The notes under the pieces were generated by a model. The model saw nothing but the letters and a program-made list of their open reading frames with translations, ran no database searches and was not told where the DNA came from. DNA of 64,000 nucleotides from Octopus sinensis (taxonomy: Eukaryota). This document shows positions 27,800 through 41,430 of this stretch, one piece after another (the stretch's first letter is position 1; each line of letters starts with the position of its first letter). The DNA lies in NCBI RefSeq assembly GCF_006345805.1, contig NC_043000.1, positions 129,952,001 through 130,016,000 on the forward strand. Reading direction: 5' to 3'. Position numbers and translations under genes: made by a program.

Positions 27800-28040
27800 G
27801 GTCCTTCCAGAGCTATAGGCTCATATGACCGGTTTCCCTGATTCTGGGCATATATATTCCTGCCCCTACTAGACTGGATGCTGGTCTGTCTCAGGGATTA
27901 CTCGTTTTTTGCCAGCTGAGTGGACTGAAGCAACTTGGAATACCCATTAGCTCAAGAAGAAAACACATCCCAGGTCATGGAATCGAAACGACAATCTTGC
28001 GATCATGAGTGCAACAACCCAACCACTAATCCATGCTCCT
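27800..28040 (-). mobile_element. Decayed SINE: D-type head plus tail X
   Basis: gccagctgagtggactgaagcaac and ggaatcgaaac..ttgcgatcatgag head remnants, plus gaccggtttccc tail. Confidence 0.65.
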
Positions 28041-28430
28041 ACACATACACAAACGTGCGCGTTCACGCACACATACATACATACATACATACATACATAC
28101 ATACATACATACATACATACATACACACACATTATATATATATAAACAAACCATATTTTGCTTCATCTTAGGACATACCATAATATCTAACTACAAATGT
28201 TTATATTTAGATTTCCCTTGCTAAATCTGACGACAGCCAACTCTAACTAACTGTATGTGTCGTTATATTTAGCTACAACCTGCTATATCCAGCTGAATAT
28301 AATAAAGATAATAATGATAAAGAAAAAATTATAATTACTTTCGTTTCACTTTGCGTTTCGAGAATGGGAATATCATTTTACAGAGCCGACTGTTGTTCGC
28401 AGAATTTTGGGTTAGAGACACTTTTAAATG

Positions 28431-28480
28431 TACTTACCTGAAAATAAAAGAAAAAGAAATGCATAAGTAATAGTGAGAGA
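28431..28480 (-). promoter_or_regulatory. Candidate recursive splice site (juxtaposed 3' and 5' splice sites, zero-length exon)
   Basis: Minus strand reads tctctcactattacttatgcatttctttttcttttattttcag|gtaagta. The junction lies between 28438 and 28437. Confidence 0.5.
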
Positions 28481-30404
28481 CGAATATAAACAGAAATCAA
28501 TACACAGAGTAAGAGAAAATAATTACACGGAAAGGTAATTGGGTGAGTAAATTAGATGGGTAAATAGATATACTGTAAGAGATATGGTTGTGAGAACGTA
28601 GATGAAAAGCCAACTAATTTAGGTGGCTATGAATAAATAATATAATGACTCAAGGTGCTGGCAAAAAAAGCCTGTTACGAAGAATCGAAACGAAAACGAA
28701 AATCAAAACCAAAAATAAATAAAGCCAAAACAGAGACTACTGCTGACTGTAATGTTGTAGCTTTCCAAAGTTTAAGAGACAAATGTTTAGAACATAAACG
28801 AGAAAAAAAAATAGTTGCTTGATTGATGCGGTGTCTTTGCTGTATAAAGTTAATTTTAGAACTCTCTTGCTATAGATATCACGTTTTAGCAATTTTGTTG
28901 TACATTCCAACCTTATAACGATGAACGATTAAATATTGTTTTCTAATAGAGAAAGGTGAATAGTCAATCTGATGACTATTAAATTAATTTTCGGGCAGAA
29001 ATTTGTGAGAAAAAATGTCGACATGTACAAGGCGTGTTTTCTGTATCCAACAATTCAAAAACATCTAAGTTTATTTGATATATGAAATTCATGAACATCA
29101 TCAGGTTGTATTTTTATAGCCTGCTGATGATGATTGGTTTATGTAGTCAACGTCTGGGTGTTAACAGGTAGACACACACATTTATTGCTTCCAAAATATA
29201 CAGTCAATTACTTACATATGTTATGGTGTAAGAGACATAAATAGAATTTAGAAAAAATAATTAAACTGTAAGCGTAGTGTTGCTACGTCCAAGAGAATTT
29301 AATAAAATTGAAGCATGGTTTGGGATTTATTATGTTCTAGTAAATGTGATATAAATCTTCCTTTGGATGGGCAACACTCCATAACGGTAACATTTCCATG
29401 ATACTTCTAACCATTTCTCAACAATTAGTGAACTGAAGAAGATGGAATGAAAATCCTGGGACAACGAAACACTTTCACAAGATAGGAACTTAGTTCTTAC
29501 TAGCTGAGTTCAATACATCGTCGGGTCAGTTTTTACTTCAGCTGATGCTAAATTGAGAGCGTGGTGAGGCTATGCCTGCTAAATCTATCGTCTTTAAAAA
29601 TATATGAATTGTCAGAAAAGAAGGATTAATCATACTCGGATATTTTGTGATATTCTAGTTTAAATCGATCATTTGTGTAAATAAAATGAATTACAAGCAT
29701 GTTTTAATTAGTTACAAGATTATAGTGTGCGGCAAAATGAAAGACGAAGTAAAAGAATTGAAATAAGTTTCTATGGAAGTGAAACCATGTTCATGATATC
29801 GGCCAACCGGTAGACACTGTTTTATACAGATATAAGATATTTTGACTGTCAAATTCCGAAGACAACTATTCTCAAATTCATATTTAGAATCGGATTTGGC
29901 AACAGTACTCATAAGACATCTCCAAGAAGAATACCGGATATTTCAATACACAAGCAACTTTTGTAAGGTATATAGAAAATAATTATAGCTGTCACCAGTA
30001 TATTACTCATAAATGTTGACTGCACATAAATGAAAAAATTGTCGTCTTTAAAGTTCATCTTTTTTAACATGTGCGACCTGTAAAATGAACAGAACTTCTT
30101 GAGCTAGCTGTAATTGAAGCTGTCTGTGTAAGGTAATGCAGTAGTTTCTATATAGAAGAGCATTGGATGTTGTGCCAAAAACAATGTAGAAGAAACCATT
30201 GATTCAGACGTTGAGTATTTTAAAGCTTTTGGACAAAGAGGTATAGGGACTGCTCTATTGAAATATAAGGAAACAGCTAAATAAAATCCCACTCACCTTT
30301 CTTATATTTATCGTAATTACAGAAATAACGTCCATTTGTGAAAAATTTATCTTACGCAGATTAAACATGCTAAATGTGCAGGATAAAAACAACAAGGGTC
30401 AAAA

Positions 30405-30560
30405 TGTGGCTATAACGTTAATATGACTGTTACGCTACTGCGAGATTTCGGGTTCGATCCTGTTATGCAGCATCGCAAAGAAATCTTTGTTGCTATAGTC
30501 TCGGGTCAAACAAGGCTTTTTAACTAATGTTGGTACGAGGAAAATAAGTGGAAGTCGGTC
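30405..30560 (+). mobile_element. Decayed SINE family A 5' part
   Basis: gggttcgatcc B box followed by gctatagtctcgggtcaaacaaggc. Confidence 0.5.
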
Positions 30561-30707
30561 GGGACACCAGTTCTTCTTTAAGGGTGGTAGACTTAATCCG
30601 TATTTCGATTCAACATTATCATCTGGTTACTGAAAGCCTTTAGCAAAGTTCACAGTCTTAGAGACATTCAGGCACACTCGCCCGTCTTCTCTTCATTCAT
30701 ACCATAT

Positions 30708-30745
<38 letters not shown>

Positions 30746-30766
30746 ATATAAAGTAGTACAAAATAA

Positions 30767-30821
<55 letters not shown>

Positions 30822-31189
30822 CATATGTACATGAATAAATATATGTATATATCAATACGATAGACTTCTGCACAGTTTCCATATTCACACACAACACCTT
30901 GGGGAACAGAAGACTACTGTAGGAGGCACTTTTGCTGAAGCTACAATGCAGTGAGCTAGAATGCAGAGCATTATCGTTAGAATAGAAAGTTCTTAGAAAA
31001 ACAGCTTGCCCCATATAGATAATTTTCCCACCAGTTTATTTAATAAAATTTAGTAGTTTCATTCTGTTCTATAGTTATTCTGTAACTAACATCACGGTTA
31101 TCAATATCCTAACTTATATAAACCATTTTCCAAAAATTTAGATTAGATCAGTCTGAAAATGGTGCCTTCAGTCTATATATTTATAAATC

Positions 31190-31304
<115 letters not shown>

Positions 31305-32034
31305 GCTGCGATAATTTCTCCTTACCTTATAGTTGAGTTCTTTCAAGTGATAAGTAATTTCATGAGAAATGTTTTCCATTCATTTCATCCGATTTACATC
31401 CTGATTCACTTTGAATAGAGGCCAATAAAAGCCAACTTGCACTTGCTAGCACCGTCGGGCAAATACTTCAGCCTCATTTATTGAAGTCATCTGACTCAGC
31501 AATCTTCAAATTCTCTTCGCGTAAACAGGACTACCCCAGCGATAACTTGATATTTCTATATGCTTGTTTTATACGTTTTGTTTTTGCTCTGGGTCGTTTA
31601 GCTCTCTTTTCATATTTGTCGCAGCTCTAAATAATCTAAATTGTTGCTAAATTCCATTTTGTGTTATTATGCATCTTAATAGATTTGTCGGAATGTGTTG
31701 CGTTCAGCTTATAGCTTGAATCGTAATCCGCTGGGGAAATTATGAGTGCAATTGGTACACACACACATACATATGTGCGACTGTGTGTGTCTGCATTTGG
31801 TAATTATGACACCTCGTTTGGAGGCGCAGAAAGTTTTAATAATTCAAGAATTTATGTTGTAGGACATTTGATATACCTGCATTGGCCTATGTTGTCTAAA
31901 TACATGCCACTGGCCAGCCTTAATTATTTCTCTTAGCACATTTTTCAAACGCAAATCAATAATGAGTAACAAATGAAAATTAATAGAATTTAATACAGTT
32001 TATTATAAAATGATTCAATACGTATTTTTGTAAC

Positions 32035-32485
32035 ATAATTTATAAAGGAATTGGCAGAAACGTTAGCACGCCGGGCAAAATGCTTAGCGGTTTTTCGTTT
32101 GTCTTTACGTTCTGAGTTCAAATTCCGCAGAGGTTGACTTTGCTTTTCATCCTTTCGAGGTCGATAAATTAAGTACCAGTTACGTACTGGGGTCGATCTA
32201 ATCGACTGGTCCCCTCCACAAAAGTTTAGGGCTTTATGCCTAGAGTAGAAAAGAATATAATTTATAAAGGAATTGGCAGAAAAGTTAGCACGCCGGGCGA
32301 AATGCTTAGCGGTTTTCGTCTGTCTTTATGTTCTAAGTTCAAATTCCACAAAGATCGACTTTTCATCTTTTCTGGGTCGATAAATTAAGTACTAGTTGCT
32401 TACTGAAGCCGATCTAATCAACTGTCCCTCTCCCCAAGAGTTTCGAGCCTTGTACCTAGAGAAGATAATAATATAATTTATAAAG
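32035..32485 (+). mobile_element. Head-to-tail dimer of SINE family B bounded by three 13-bp direct repeats
   Basis: ataatttataaag at 32035-32047, 32257-32269 and 32473-32485. Both units start gaattggcagaaa. Confidence 0.9.
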
Positions 32486-32677
32486 ATACCTTATAAAAAA
32501 ACTTTTATCACTAAGTGTAAGAACTCACAACCAACGAAATTTAAAAGAAATGTTGCAACACAACAGAAAATAAAGAAATGGCTCATTTCATCAGTTCTTG
32601 ATCGACAACAGAAAAATGAAAGTACTAGAGACACTGAAGCATACTTAGAAGCTCTCGAGTGTAATGCATAATTTTTT

Positions 32678-32903
32678 TGTTTCTTTATTGCCAACACAAG
32701 GGGCTAAACATAGAGGGAGAACAATGACAGACAAGGGATTAAGTCGATTACATCGACCCCAGTGCGTAAGTGGTACTTAATTTATCGACCCCGAAAGGAT
32801 GAAAGGCAAAGTTGACCTCGGCGGAATTTGAACTCAGAACGTAGCGGCAGACGAAATATCACTAAGCATTTAGCCCGGCGTGCTAACGATTCTGCCAGCT
32901 CCG
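32678..32903 (-). mobile_element. SINE family B, subtype B2 (alternative 3' tail)
   Basis: tttctttattgccaacacaaggggctaaacatagaggg tail followed by the B body and head. Confidence 0.9.
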
Positions 32904-32975
32904 TGCATAATTAAAACTGTATTATTTGTCTTTACTGATCTCATTATACCAAATTGTTTCTATTATTTCAATTTC

Positions 32976-33154
32976 GTCTGTGTTTGTCCCCTCATCACCA
33001 CTTGACAACCGCTGTTGGTTTACTTACGTCCCCACAACTTAGCGGTTCGGCAAACAGACCAATAAAATAAGTACTAGGCTTAACAACCAAGTGGTGGTGT
33101 CGATTTGTTCGACTAAAACCCTTCAAGGCGGTACTCCAGCATGGCCGCAGTCAG
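32976..33154 (+). mobile_element. SINE family A 3' half
   Basis: gtctgtgtttgtcccc..cttgacaaccg..aacttagcggttcggc..ggcggtactccagcatggccgcagtc. Confidence 0.85.
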
Positions 33155-33483
33155 AACAAAGGAGCACTCCGTCGATTACGACAACGGGGGTCCCAGCTGA
33201 TACGATCAACGGAACAGCCTGCTCATGAAATTAATGTGCAAGTGACTGAGCAATCCACAGACACGCGTGCCCCTAAAGTAGTTCTCAGGGAGATTCAGCG
33301 TGACACAAGGTGTGACAAGGCCGACCCTTTGAAATACAGGTACAGCTCATTTTTGCCAGGTCAGTGGACTGGAGCAACGTGAAATAAAGTGTCTTGCTCA
33401 AGGACACAATGCGTCGCTGGGGATCGAACTCATGACTTACAATCGTGAGCCGAATGCCCTTACCACTAAGCCACGCGGCTTCA
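33155..33483 (-). mobile_element. SINE family D (tRNA head, CORE-like segment) with tail Y
   Basis: Reverse reads gaagccgcgtggcttagtggtaaggg..gagttcgatcccc..ttgtgtccttgagcaagacactttatttcacgttgctccagtccact..tcgtaatcgacggagtgc. Confidence 0.85.
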
Positions 33484-33589
33484 CACACACACATACATAC
33501 ACATATATATATGGGAATCTAGAAGCAAATAGAACTAGGGATAGCATCTAAATATTGGGTTAAAAACGCTTTTGATACAAAATATCGAA

Positions 33590-33660
33590 GGTTATCCATG
33601 AGACTCGAACCCACATCTCCTGCAAACATAACAGGCACTCTACCACCGGACGAAAAGAAA
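33590..33660 (-). pseudogene. tRNA-like relic (or isolated SINE head)
   Basis: Minus strand gives an anticodon-like arm CCTGT-tatgttt-GCAGG and a T arm GTGGG-ttcgagt-CTCAT. The acceptor stem does not pair. Confidence 0.4.
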
Positions 33661-34559
33661 TGCTTTCGAATTTGTCGATCCATCTTAGAAACTATTTTCT
33701 TACCAGCGTCATCAGATTTTGAAATATTTCTTTTCTACGGACCGTGAATACACACACACACACACACATACTTAGGTATCATTGTAATTAAACATAGGAA
33801 TGTATGCACTTCTGTCTTTGGAAATCATACGTGCAGCAAATGTTACATTAATAAAGCAACCGGCGCAACACACTACATCCACATCTGCTTCTACACCAGT
33901 TTTGCTTTAGAAGCTATAAAACGAATTCAACATATAGTGAGGCGACCTAAAGCAATAATCAGGCATATGTAAGGTGTCAGTACTCGTAGCTGTCATAATG
34001 AAGACGGCAGTGGTGATTGTGGCAGAGGTATTAATGTTGTTGGTCATAGTGAACGTAGTGATGATTTGTCTCGGTGGAAGGGGAGGTAAGTACTAGAGAG
34101 TGGTATCATTTAAACAGACCGACGTTTAACAATGCAATCGATTCTTGATTTAACACGCTTTCGTTTTGGATGTTTCACAGATATTGGAATGACGTCAGGC
34201 ATAGATAGATAGATTTGCTGAAGACAAATAATTTTCAGTACGTATTGCTATGGTGATAGTGACATAGTTGACCTTCTAGCAAGGAATCACACACATACAC
34301 ACACACATCAACACGCACGCACACACACACACATGCACATACACACATGCATGAGCAAATACGCGCATAGACACATACACATACACACACGTCCACGTAT
34401 ATTTACACATATTTAAGAATATATATTCTCTGGGAATAAAGGCGCAAACACATGCAAATATACAGACACTTTACTACGAAGCAGACACAAAAACACACTC
34501 ATATGGTGTGTATGTGTGTGTACAAATGTGTGTTTGTGTTTATGTGCGCATCTATTAGA

Positions 34560-34570
34560 AACACACACAC

Positions 34571-34623
<53 letters not shown>

Positions 34624-34628
34624 CACAC

Positions 34629-34659
<31 letters not shown>

Positions 34660-34789
34660 ACACATACACACATATATATATACATATACACACATATATA
34701 TATATACATATACACACATATATATATATACATATACACACATATATATATACATATACATATATATATATACATACATATATATACAC

Positions 34790-34821
<32 letters not shown>

Positions 34822-35340
34822 ATATATACACATATATATATATACCATATATATATACATATATATATATATATACATATATATATACACATATATTATA
34901 TATACATATATATATATACATATACATATACATATATATATATACACACATATATATATACACATATATATATAATATATATATATACACATATATATAT
35001 ATACAATATATATATATACACATACATATATATATATATACACATACATATATATATATATACACATACATATATATACACATACATATATATACACATA
35101 CATATATATACACATATATATATATATAAATATACATATATATACACATATATATATATATATATAGATATATATACACATATATACATATACATATATG
35201 TGTGTCTGTGTGTGTGTGTGTGTGTGTATACACACACGGTAGCAAATAAGACATATATATTTTAACACATTCTGAGAAAAAAAGCGCGTATGTGTGGGTG
35301 AGAGAGAGAGAGAGAGAGAGAGGAGGAGGAGGAGGAGGAC
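34560..35340. repeat. Long compound TA/CA microsatellite block followed by (GA)n and (GGA)n
   Basis: Directly visible. It is the source of the 200-330 aa spurious ORFs. Confidence 0.95.
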
Positions 35341-36543
35341 AAAAAGAAAGCGAGAAAGAAAGAAAGAAAGACAGAGATGAAGAGAATAGATACACATTCC
35401 AGGAATTAGAGGCACAAATAGTGGTAAATAAAAAAAACAAATACACAAAACTATTCGTGATCGGCATCATGTTCAAATACACTCCACACGCATATTTACT
35501 AACTCACACACACACATACACACGCACACTTCGCGCGCGCGAAGCTGCATGTGTGGAATCTTTGACATAGTGTAATCTATAGTGGAACATCATATATTGT
35601 GTCAGGCTTCTCAGCTCTCTCATTTGGTCTCAGGCAAATATTAGCTTACGTTCAATGTTATTGCCTCACCGAATCTGCTTGTTCGATCTACTTGGTTAGC
35701 GAGAACAATTGCATGTATTCTCTTCGCAAACTTGAAAAGAAAATAATAGAAAACCCTACATAATCGAGTAAGTGATACAGTTTACAGTCTGTTCTGGCGG
35801 TTGATTTATTTTTGCTTTGGGTGTCGGAGGTGGCTGCTGAATGGTAGCTGTAAAGAAGTAAATCTCCTGGTGAGCTGTATACCCGATTCGTTTTTCGATT
35901 TCTGTTTATAGACAATACACTTAACTTATGTTGTTATCACCTTTAGAAAAAAGCTATGAAGCTAAACAAATTTAATTCTCCATGCTATACATTTTAGATT
36001 TCCTCATCACTATAAGTAATAGTTATATCGTTGGTGTTGGGCTTTTGTATTATATATATGATGGTACCAAATAATGCTACCTGTCGTGTTTTTCCCATTT
36101 GCTCGAATTCCACCTGTTTTTATAATGGCATTCATATATTCCCGTCTCACTCAAGTACGTAGTTGCAATATAATGGGTTCTACTCAACAGACACTACGGC
36201 TCTTCCCTCTTTCGAATAGGGGATTTGATCTTAAGTAAACAACTTGTGCTTCGGTGTGGCATTTATGGCAAAGCCGTGTGGTTGTTTACCCAAGACATCC
36301 AGAAATATCTTTCAAAGGTACAGGTGCAGCGACGGAGGGGTGTAATCATTTTAATAAGCATTATGTTAGATACCAATCTAATGAGGGGGCTTCTACGTGG
36401 TCACATGACATACTAGAAACAAGAGCTACATATCCCTCAAATCACTTTATATGTTTCAAACGTTAGAAAGTTCATATACAGAGTAACCATAATGTCTGGG
36501 TATATAGGCGAAAATGCATGATTTCAATAATTTTATACAATTA

Positions 36544-36699
36544 TTCTGTTGTGTCTGGGGAGAGTCATTTTTTTTTGTGCCTTATAATGTAACACACTCA
36601 CCGGTACAATAAGAAAATGACTCTCCCCAGACACAACAGAATATGCTTCAACACACAAACTCACATAAAGAATCTTCCAAACCAAATCCAAAAACGAAA
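36544..36699. mobile_element. Inverted-dimer insertion of the 19720-type repeat with a 12-bp TSD
   Basis: Perfect 30-bp inverted arms at 36542-36571 and 36614-36643. Direct repeat tttatacaatta at 36532-36543 and 36700-36711. Confidence 0.75.
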
Positions 36700-36932
36700 T
36701 TTATACAATTAAATTAATGAAAATCACTGTCAGTATGGTCTCTACCATTAGTCATGCAAAGTTCGATGTTGTCACTTCACATTTCTATCAATCTGAGAAC
36801 GTTCGTTCATTCAGATTCACAGTCAACCTGTATAATGTAGCTCAACATATTCCTGAAACAAAAGGAATGAGTTTAGTTATAGTCTGGGGCTAAACAACAA
36901 CAACCAGTAGTGAAAAATCAATCACTTTACAA

Positions 36933-37167
36933 TACTCTTTACTCTTTATTCTTTTACTTGTTTCAGTCATTTGACTGCGGCCATGCTGGAGCACCGCCTT
37001 TAATCGAGCAACTCGACCCCGGGACTTATTCTTTTGTAAGCCCAGTACTTATTCTATCGGTCTCTTTTTGCCGAACCGCTAAGTAACGGGGAGGTAAACA
37101 CACCAGCATCGGTTGTCAAGCAATGCTAGGGGGACAAACACAGACATACGAACACACACACACACAC

Positions 37168-37198
<31 letters not shown>

Positions 37199-37362
37199 TA
37201 CGATGGGCTTCTTTCAGTTTCCGTCTACCAAATCCACTCACAAGGCTTTGGTCGGCCCGAGGCTATAGAAGAAGACACTTGCCCAAGGTGCCACGCAGTG
37301 GGACTGAACCCGGAACCATGTGGTTAGTAAACAAGCTACTTACCACACAGCCACTCCTGCGC
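36933..37362 (-). mobile_element. SINE family A, full length, well preserved
   Basis: Near reverse complement of 39410-39812. (tactctt)n tail and a possible aatact TSD. Confidence 0.95.
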
Positions 37363-37698
37363 TAATACTAGAAATAGCACCAAATCCCCTTCAAATCGCA
37401 CCATATAGTATTTTAAAAGGGTTGATAAGATTTGAATAAAAAATGGTATTGTTACGTCTAGAACAATTTTGCTTGATCAAGACTTTCGTCTCTTCACGAA
37501 GAAACCGATTCCTGATTAAGGTTTGCATGTGATGTATTCTACGCAATAGCTAAAATCATAACCTCTTTGGTATAATCAAATAATGAATGTGTTGAAATTC
37601 TTGCGGGTATTACGATATTTTCAGTCTGTAGAGTGGCGAAGAGAACTAATTTAATCTACATCAGTGAAAAACTGTAGCCGACATATTTTGAACACATC

Positions 37699-37904
37699 TT
37701 CTTTTATTTATTTACTTGTTTCAGTCATTTTGACTGCGGCCACGCCGGATCACCGCCTTTAGTCGAACAAATCGACCCCAGGACTTATTCCTTGTAAGCC
37801 AAGTACTTATTCTATCGGTCACTTTTGCCGAACCTCTGTAACAGGGACATAAACACACCAGCATCGGTTGTCAAGCGGTGCTGTGGGGACAAACACAGAC
37901 ACAA

Positions 37905-37988
<84 letters not shown>

Positions 37989-38150
37989 GACGAGCTTTAT
38001 TCAGTTTCCGTCTAGCAAATCCACTCACAAGTCTTTGGTCGGGCCGAGGCTATAGTAGAAGATGCTTGCCAAGGTGCAACGCAGTGGAACTGAACCCGAA
38101 ATCATGTGGTTAGGAAGAAAGCTTCTTACCATACAGCCACTCCTGTGCCT
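37699..38150 (-). mobile_element. SINE family A, full length
   Basis: Colinear with 36933-37362, with an internal (CA)n(TA)n tract. Confidence 0.92.
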
Positions 38151-38825
38151 ATGTATATTCATATGTATATTCACTTATTTAATTTTTTTTTTTAATATCA
38201 AGATTATTTCGAGTCGCAAATATTTTCAAAATGTCTCGTTGGTATTTTGGTTTAATTAATAGTTTGAAGGACAACGTTTTTGTTAGACCAGCTGGGAGAA
38301 AGAAGTGGAACTAAATCAATTGAAATTAAATAAAGCTAGCATTGAATCTGCTACCATTGCGTTGCTATGTGTAACTTTATTAGAATATGTTCACGAGAAC
38401 TTCTTTTGAATTAAGGCAAAATAGATTTAGGAAAAAAAAGGGGAAAACACCAAACAGATTGTATGAAAAAGGAGAAATTTGGAAGGAGAAATAATCGAGT
38501 AAGATTAAACAATATAATTTTTAAAATAATGAAATAGAACAAAATTGGAGAATGAAGTCGTTCTATTAATAGTAAATGAATACTGAATTAGAAATAAACA
38601 AGTTAAATAGTCCTATTAAAGAAAAATTGCAATCGATGGAATGTATTTTTGGTAGCAACAAGTAGAACAAAATACGCTTACGTTTCTTGTGAATTGGAAA
38701 GAAACACGTTGAAAAAAATGTTCATTTTGACCAAAAAGGAACAATTGTATCAAATGTGGAGAACAGAATTGCTAATGTTAGAATTAACTGAATGTAATTA
38801 GCATAAAGGCAAAACATGTTAAATT

Positions 38826-39315
38826 TAAAATAATAATAATCCTTTCAGACACCGGGCCTGAAAACGGTGTGGGGGAGTAATCGATTTCATCGACCCCAGT
38901 GTCTCACTGATATTTATATTTATCGACGCCGAAAGGATGAAGGCAAAGTCAACCATAAAGGAATTTGAAAAATAAACTTGGCCTCGGTGGGACTTGAACT
39001 CGCAGCACAAAGATCTGTAACGGATCCCACTAAGCGGCCTATTAATGCCCCAACTATTCTACCAGCTCACCGCCTTACTAATAACAAAAATAACAATAAC
39101 AATTCTTTCTAATACAGGCACAAGGCCTGAAACTTTGAGGATAAAGGGATTTTGATTACATCTACTCCAGTACTTCACTTCGTACACATTTTATCGACCA
39201 CGGGAAGAGAAAGTGAAGTTGATCTCGGCAGAATTTGAACTTAAAAAACGAAAAACACGGATAAGTGCCACAAGCGCTTTATCCGACGCGTTAATATTCT
39301 GCTAGTTCACCTCTT
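38826..39315 (-). mobile_element. Two decayed SINE family B copies (about 38826-39077 and 39100-39315)
   Basis: catcgaccccagtg..gaaaggatgaaaggcaaagtcaacc..ccagctcaccgcctt. The second copy has ctcggcagaatttgaac..ttctgctagttcacc. Confidence 0.75.
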
Positions 39316-39333
39316 TATTATTATTATTATTAT

Positions 39334-39409
<76 letters not shown>

Positions 39410-39411
<2 letters not shown>

Positions 39412-39812
39412 CGCAGGAGTGGCTGTGTGGTAAGTAGCTTGTTTACCAACCACATGGTTCCGGGTTCAGTCCCACTGCGTGGCATCTTGGGCAAGTGTCT
39501 TCTACTATAGCCTCGGGACAACCAAAGCCTTGTGAGTGGACATGATAGACAGAAACTGAAAGAAGCCCGTCATATATATATATATATAAATATGTGTGTG
39601 TTTGTGTGTCTGTGTTTGTCCCCCTAGCATTGTTTGACAACCGATGCTGGTGTGTTTACGTCCCCGTCACTTAGCGGTTCGGCAAAAAGGACCGATAGAA
39701 TAAGTACTGGGCTTACAAAGAATAAGTCCCGGGGTCGATTTGCTCGACTAAAGGCTGTGCTCCAGCATGGCCGCAGTCAAATGACTGAAACAAGTAAAAG
39801 AGTAAAAGAGTA
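39410..39812 (+). mobile_element. SINE family A, full length, well preserved
   Basis: ggcgcaggagtggctgtgtggtaagtagc..gggttcagtcccactgcg..tccagcatggccgcagtcaaatgactgaaacaagtaaaagagtaaaagag. Confidence 0.95.
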
Positions 39813-40419
39813 TATATATATATATATATGGAAAGAGAAAGAGAGAACTACATGGGTATAAAGTAAAAAGACTCGAATAAATTATATAAAGGGCTATATG
39901 GGAAATCATAAATGATTTACTGCTAAAGAAGACACAATTTGTAAAACTAAGAAAGCTCGTTAAAAAATAGCAACAATTTCTATATTTTAGATTTCTTATA
40001 TATCGTTCATACCTTAATTTATATTTGAATCATTTCCAAATAATATAAATAATTCAGTCATGATATATCAAAATGTTGAATATCCATTCAAAAGAAAAGA
40101 AAACAAAATACATTGTAATGTTACCAAAATCAAGAATAGACCATATCTACATTGAAATTCGTTGAAACTAAAATGATTGCATTATTAAATACTTCAGTTT
40201 TAACTCTAAGAAACAGTGTATCTTCAACAAAACAAAGAATCAGCAATTTGTATTCTTATACACAGTGGATAGTTCCTTCCGTTGTGACACTAGTTCCACT
40301 TAAATGCGCTCAGTTGGATAATTCTACAGTGAACTATAGAAAGATGTATTGCCGGAGTGCTTGTTAGAAAGATTCTTTCTGGGCGAATTTGCTTAGCTGG
40401 TTGATAGTACTGCGTATCT

Positions 40420-40806
40420 AAAAGGATAATGTTGCTGTTGAGCAAACAGTCTTCGTCCCAGAGCTCGCAAGATGGGAGAAATCCGAAACTTGGTCATTTG
40501 CTATTCGTAAGACCCGCAGAAGAGAAAGCAGGTCAACCCCGGACACCGAGAGCATCGACGGATGGATGAATGCGCATCCAGGCTCAGCGGTTGCGTAGGA
40601 AGTCGAGGACAAGAAACAGGAAGAAAGAGTGAAAGAAAGTTGGAGCGAAAGAGTACAACAGGGGTCGCCACCACCCCCTGTCGGAGCCTCGTGGAGCTTT
40701 AGGTGTTTTCGCTCAATAAACACACACAACGCCAGGTCTGGGAATCGAAACCGCGATCCTGCGACCGCGAGTTCTCTGCCCTAACCATTGGGCCTTGCGC
40801 TTCCAC
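40420..40806 (-). mobile_element. SINE family C head and body joined to a different 3' module (tail W)
   Basis: 40615-40806 matches the C head and body (47792 copy). 40420-40610 is unrelated to tail X. Confidence 0.85.
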
Positions 40807-41189
40807 TGCCGCCACAGCTGGTTTTAGCTGCAATTGTGTAAGAAAAGTCTTTAGACTTGATATATAACTTCCCTTTGCAGTGTATCAGTTAATTATAATG
40901 GACGAATGGTAGGTGTACAGAAGGAATTCATAGAGGTGATGCCAATTGGTTAGTATGTTCTGTCTCTTACTCAAGGTCTTGAATATCTTAGACAAATAAA
41001 GTTTGCAGTTTTGTGCTTTGTCACCGTAAAGGGTTGATTTGTTTCGATGCTCATATATGTAATTCGAGAGTTTCCGAATAAAGTGAGACATGTGGCAGAC
41101 TTATTTCTGTATCACATGTTATTAATCTTATAGCCAGGTGATACGTTATAAGCACTGCTGTGTCTGAGAAATGTACTTGAAAACTAAGT

Positions 41190-41430
41190 GCTTTCTTATT
41201 TCTTTATTTCCCACAAGAGGCTGCACACAGCGAGAACAAACCAGGACAGACAAACTGATTAAGTCGATTTTATTGACCCCGGTGCGTAACTGGTACTTAT
41301 TTAATCGACCCCGAAAAGATGAAAGGCAAAGTCGACCTCGGCGGAATTTGAACTCACAACGTAACGGCAGACGAAATATGGCTACGCATTTCGGCTGGCG
41401 TGCTAACGTTTCTGTAAGCTCGCCGCCTTT
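41190..41430 (-). mobile_element. SINE family B, subtype B2, full length
   Basis: tttctttatttcccacaagaggctg..gatgaaaggcaaagtcgacctcggcggaatttgaactc..gctcgccgcctt. Confidence 0.9.

Noticed and set aside
34452-35482. Long ORFs of 200-330 aa (also at 44433-45133, 54386-55070 and 62836-63349)
   Set aside because: They are translations of TA/CA/TATC microsatellites (YIYI, HTHT, LSIY), open in several frames on both strands.
35623-35675. Bulged hairpin as a possible pre-miRNA
   Set aside because: It has only about 18 bp with multiple bulges, and neither arm matches a miRNA family I recognise.
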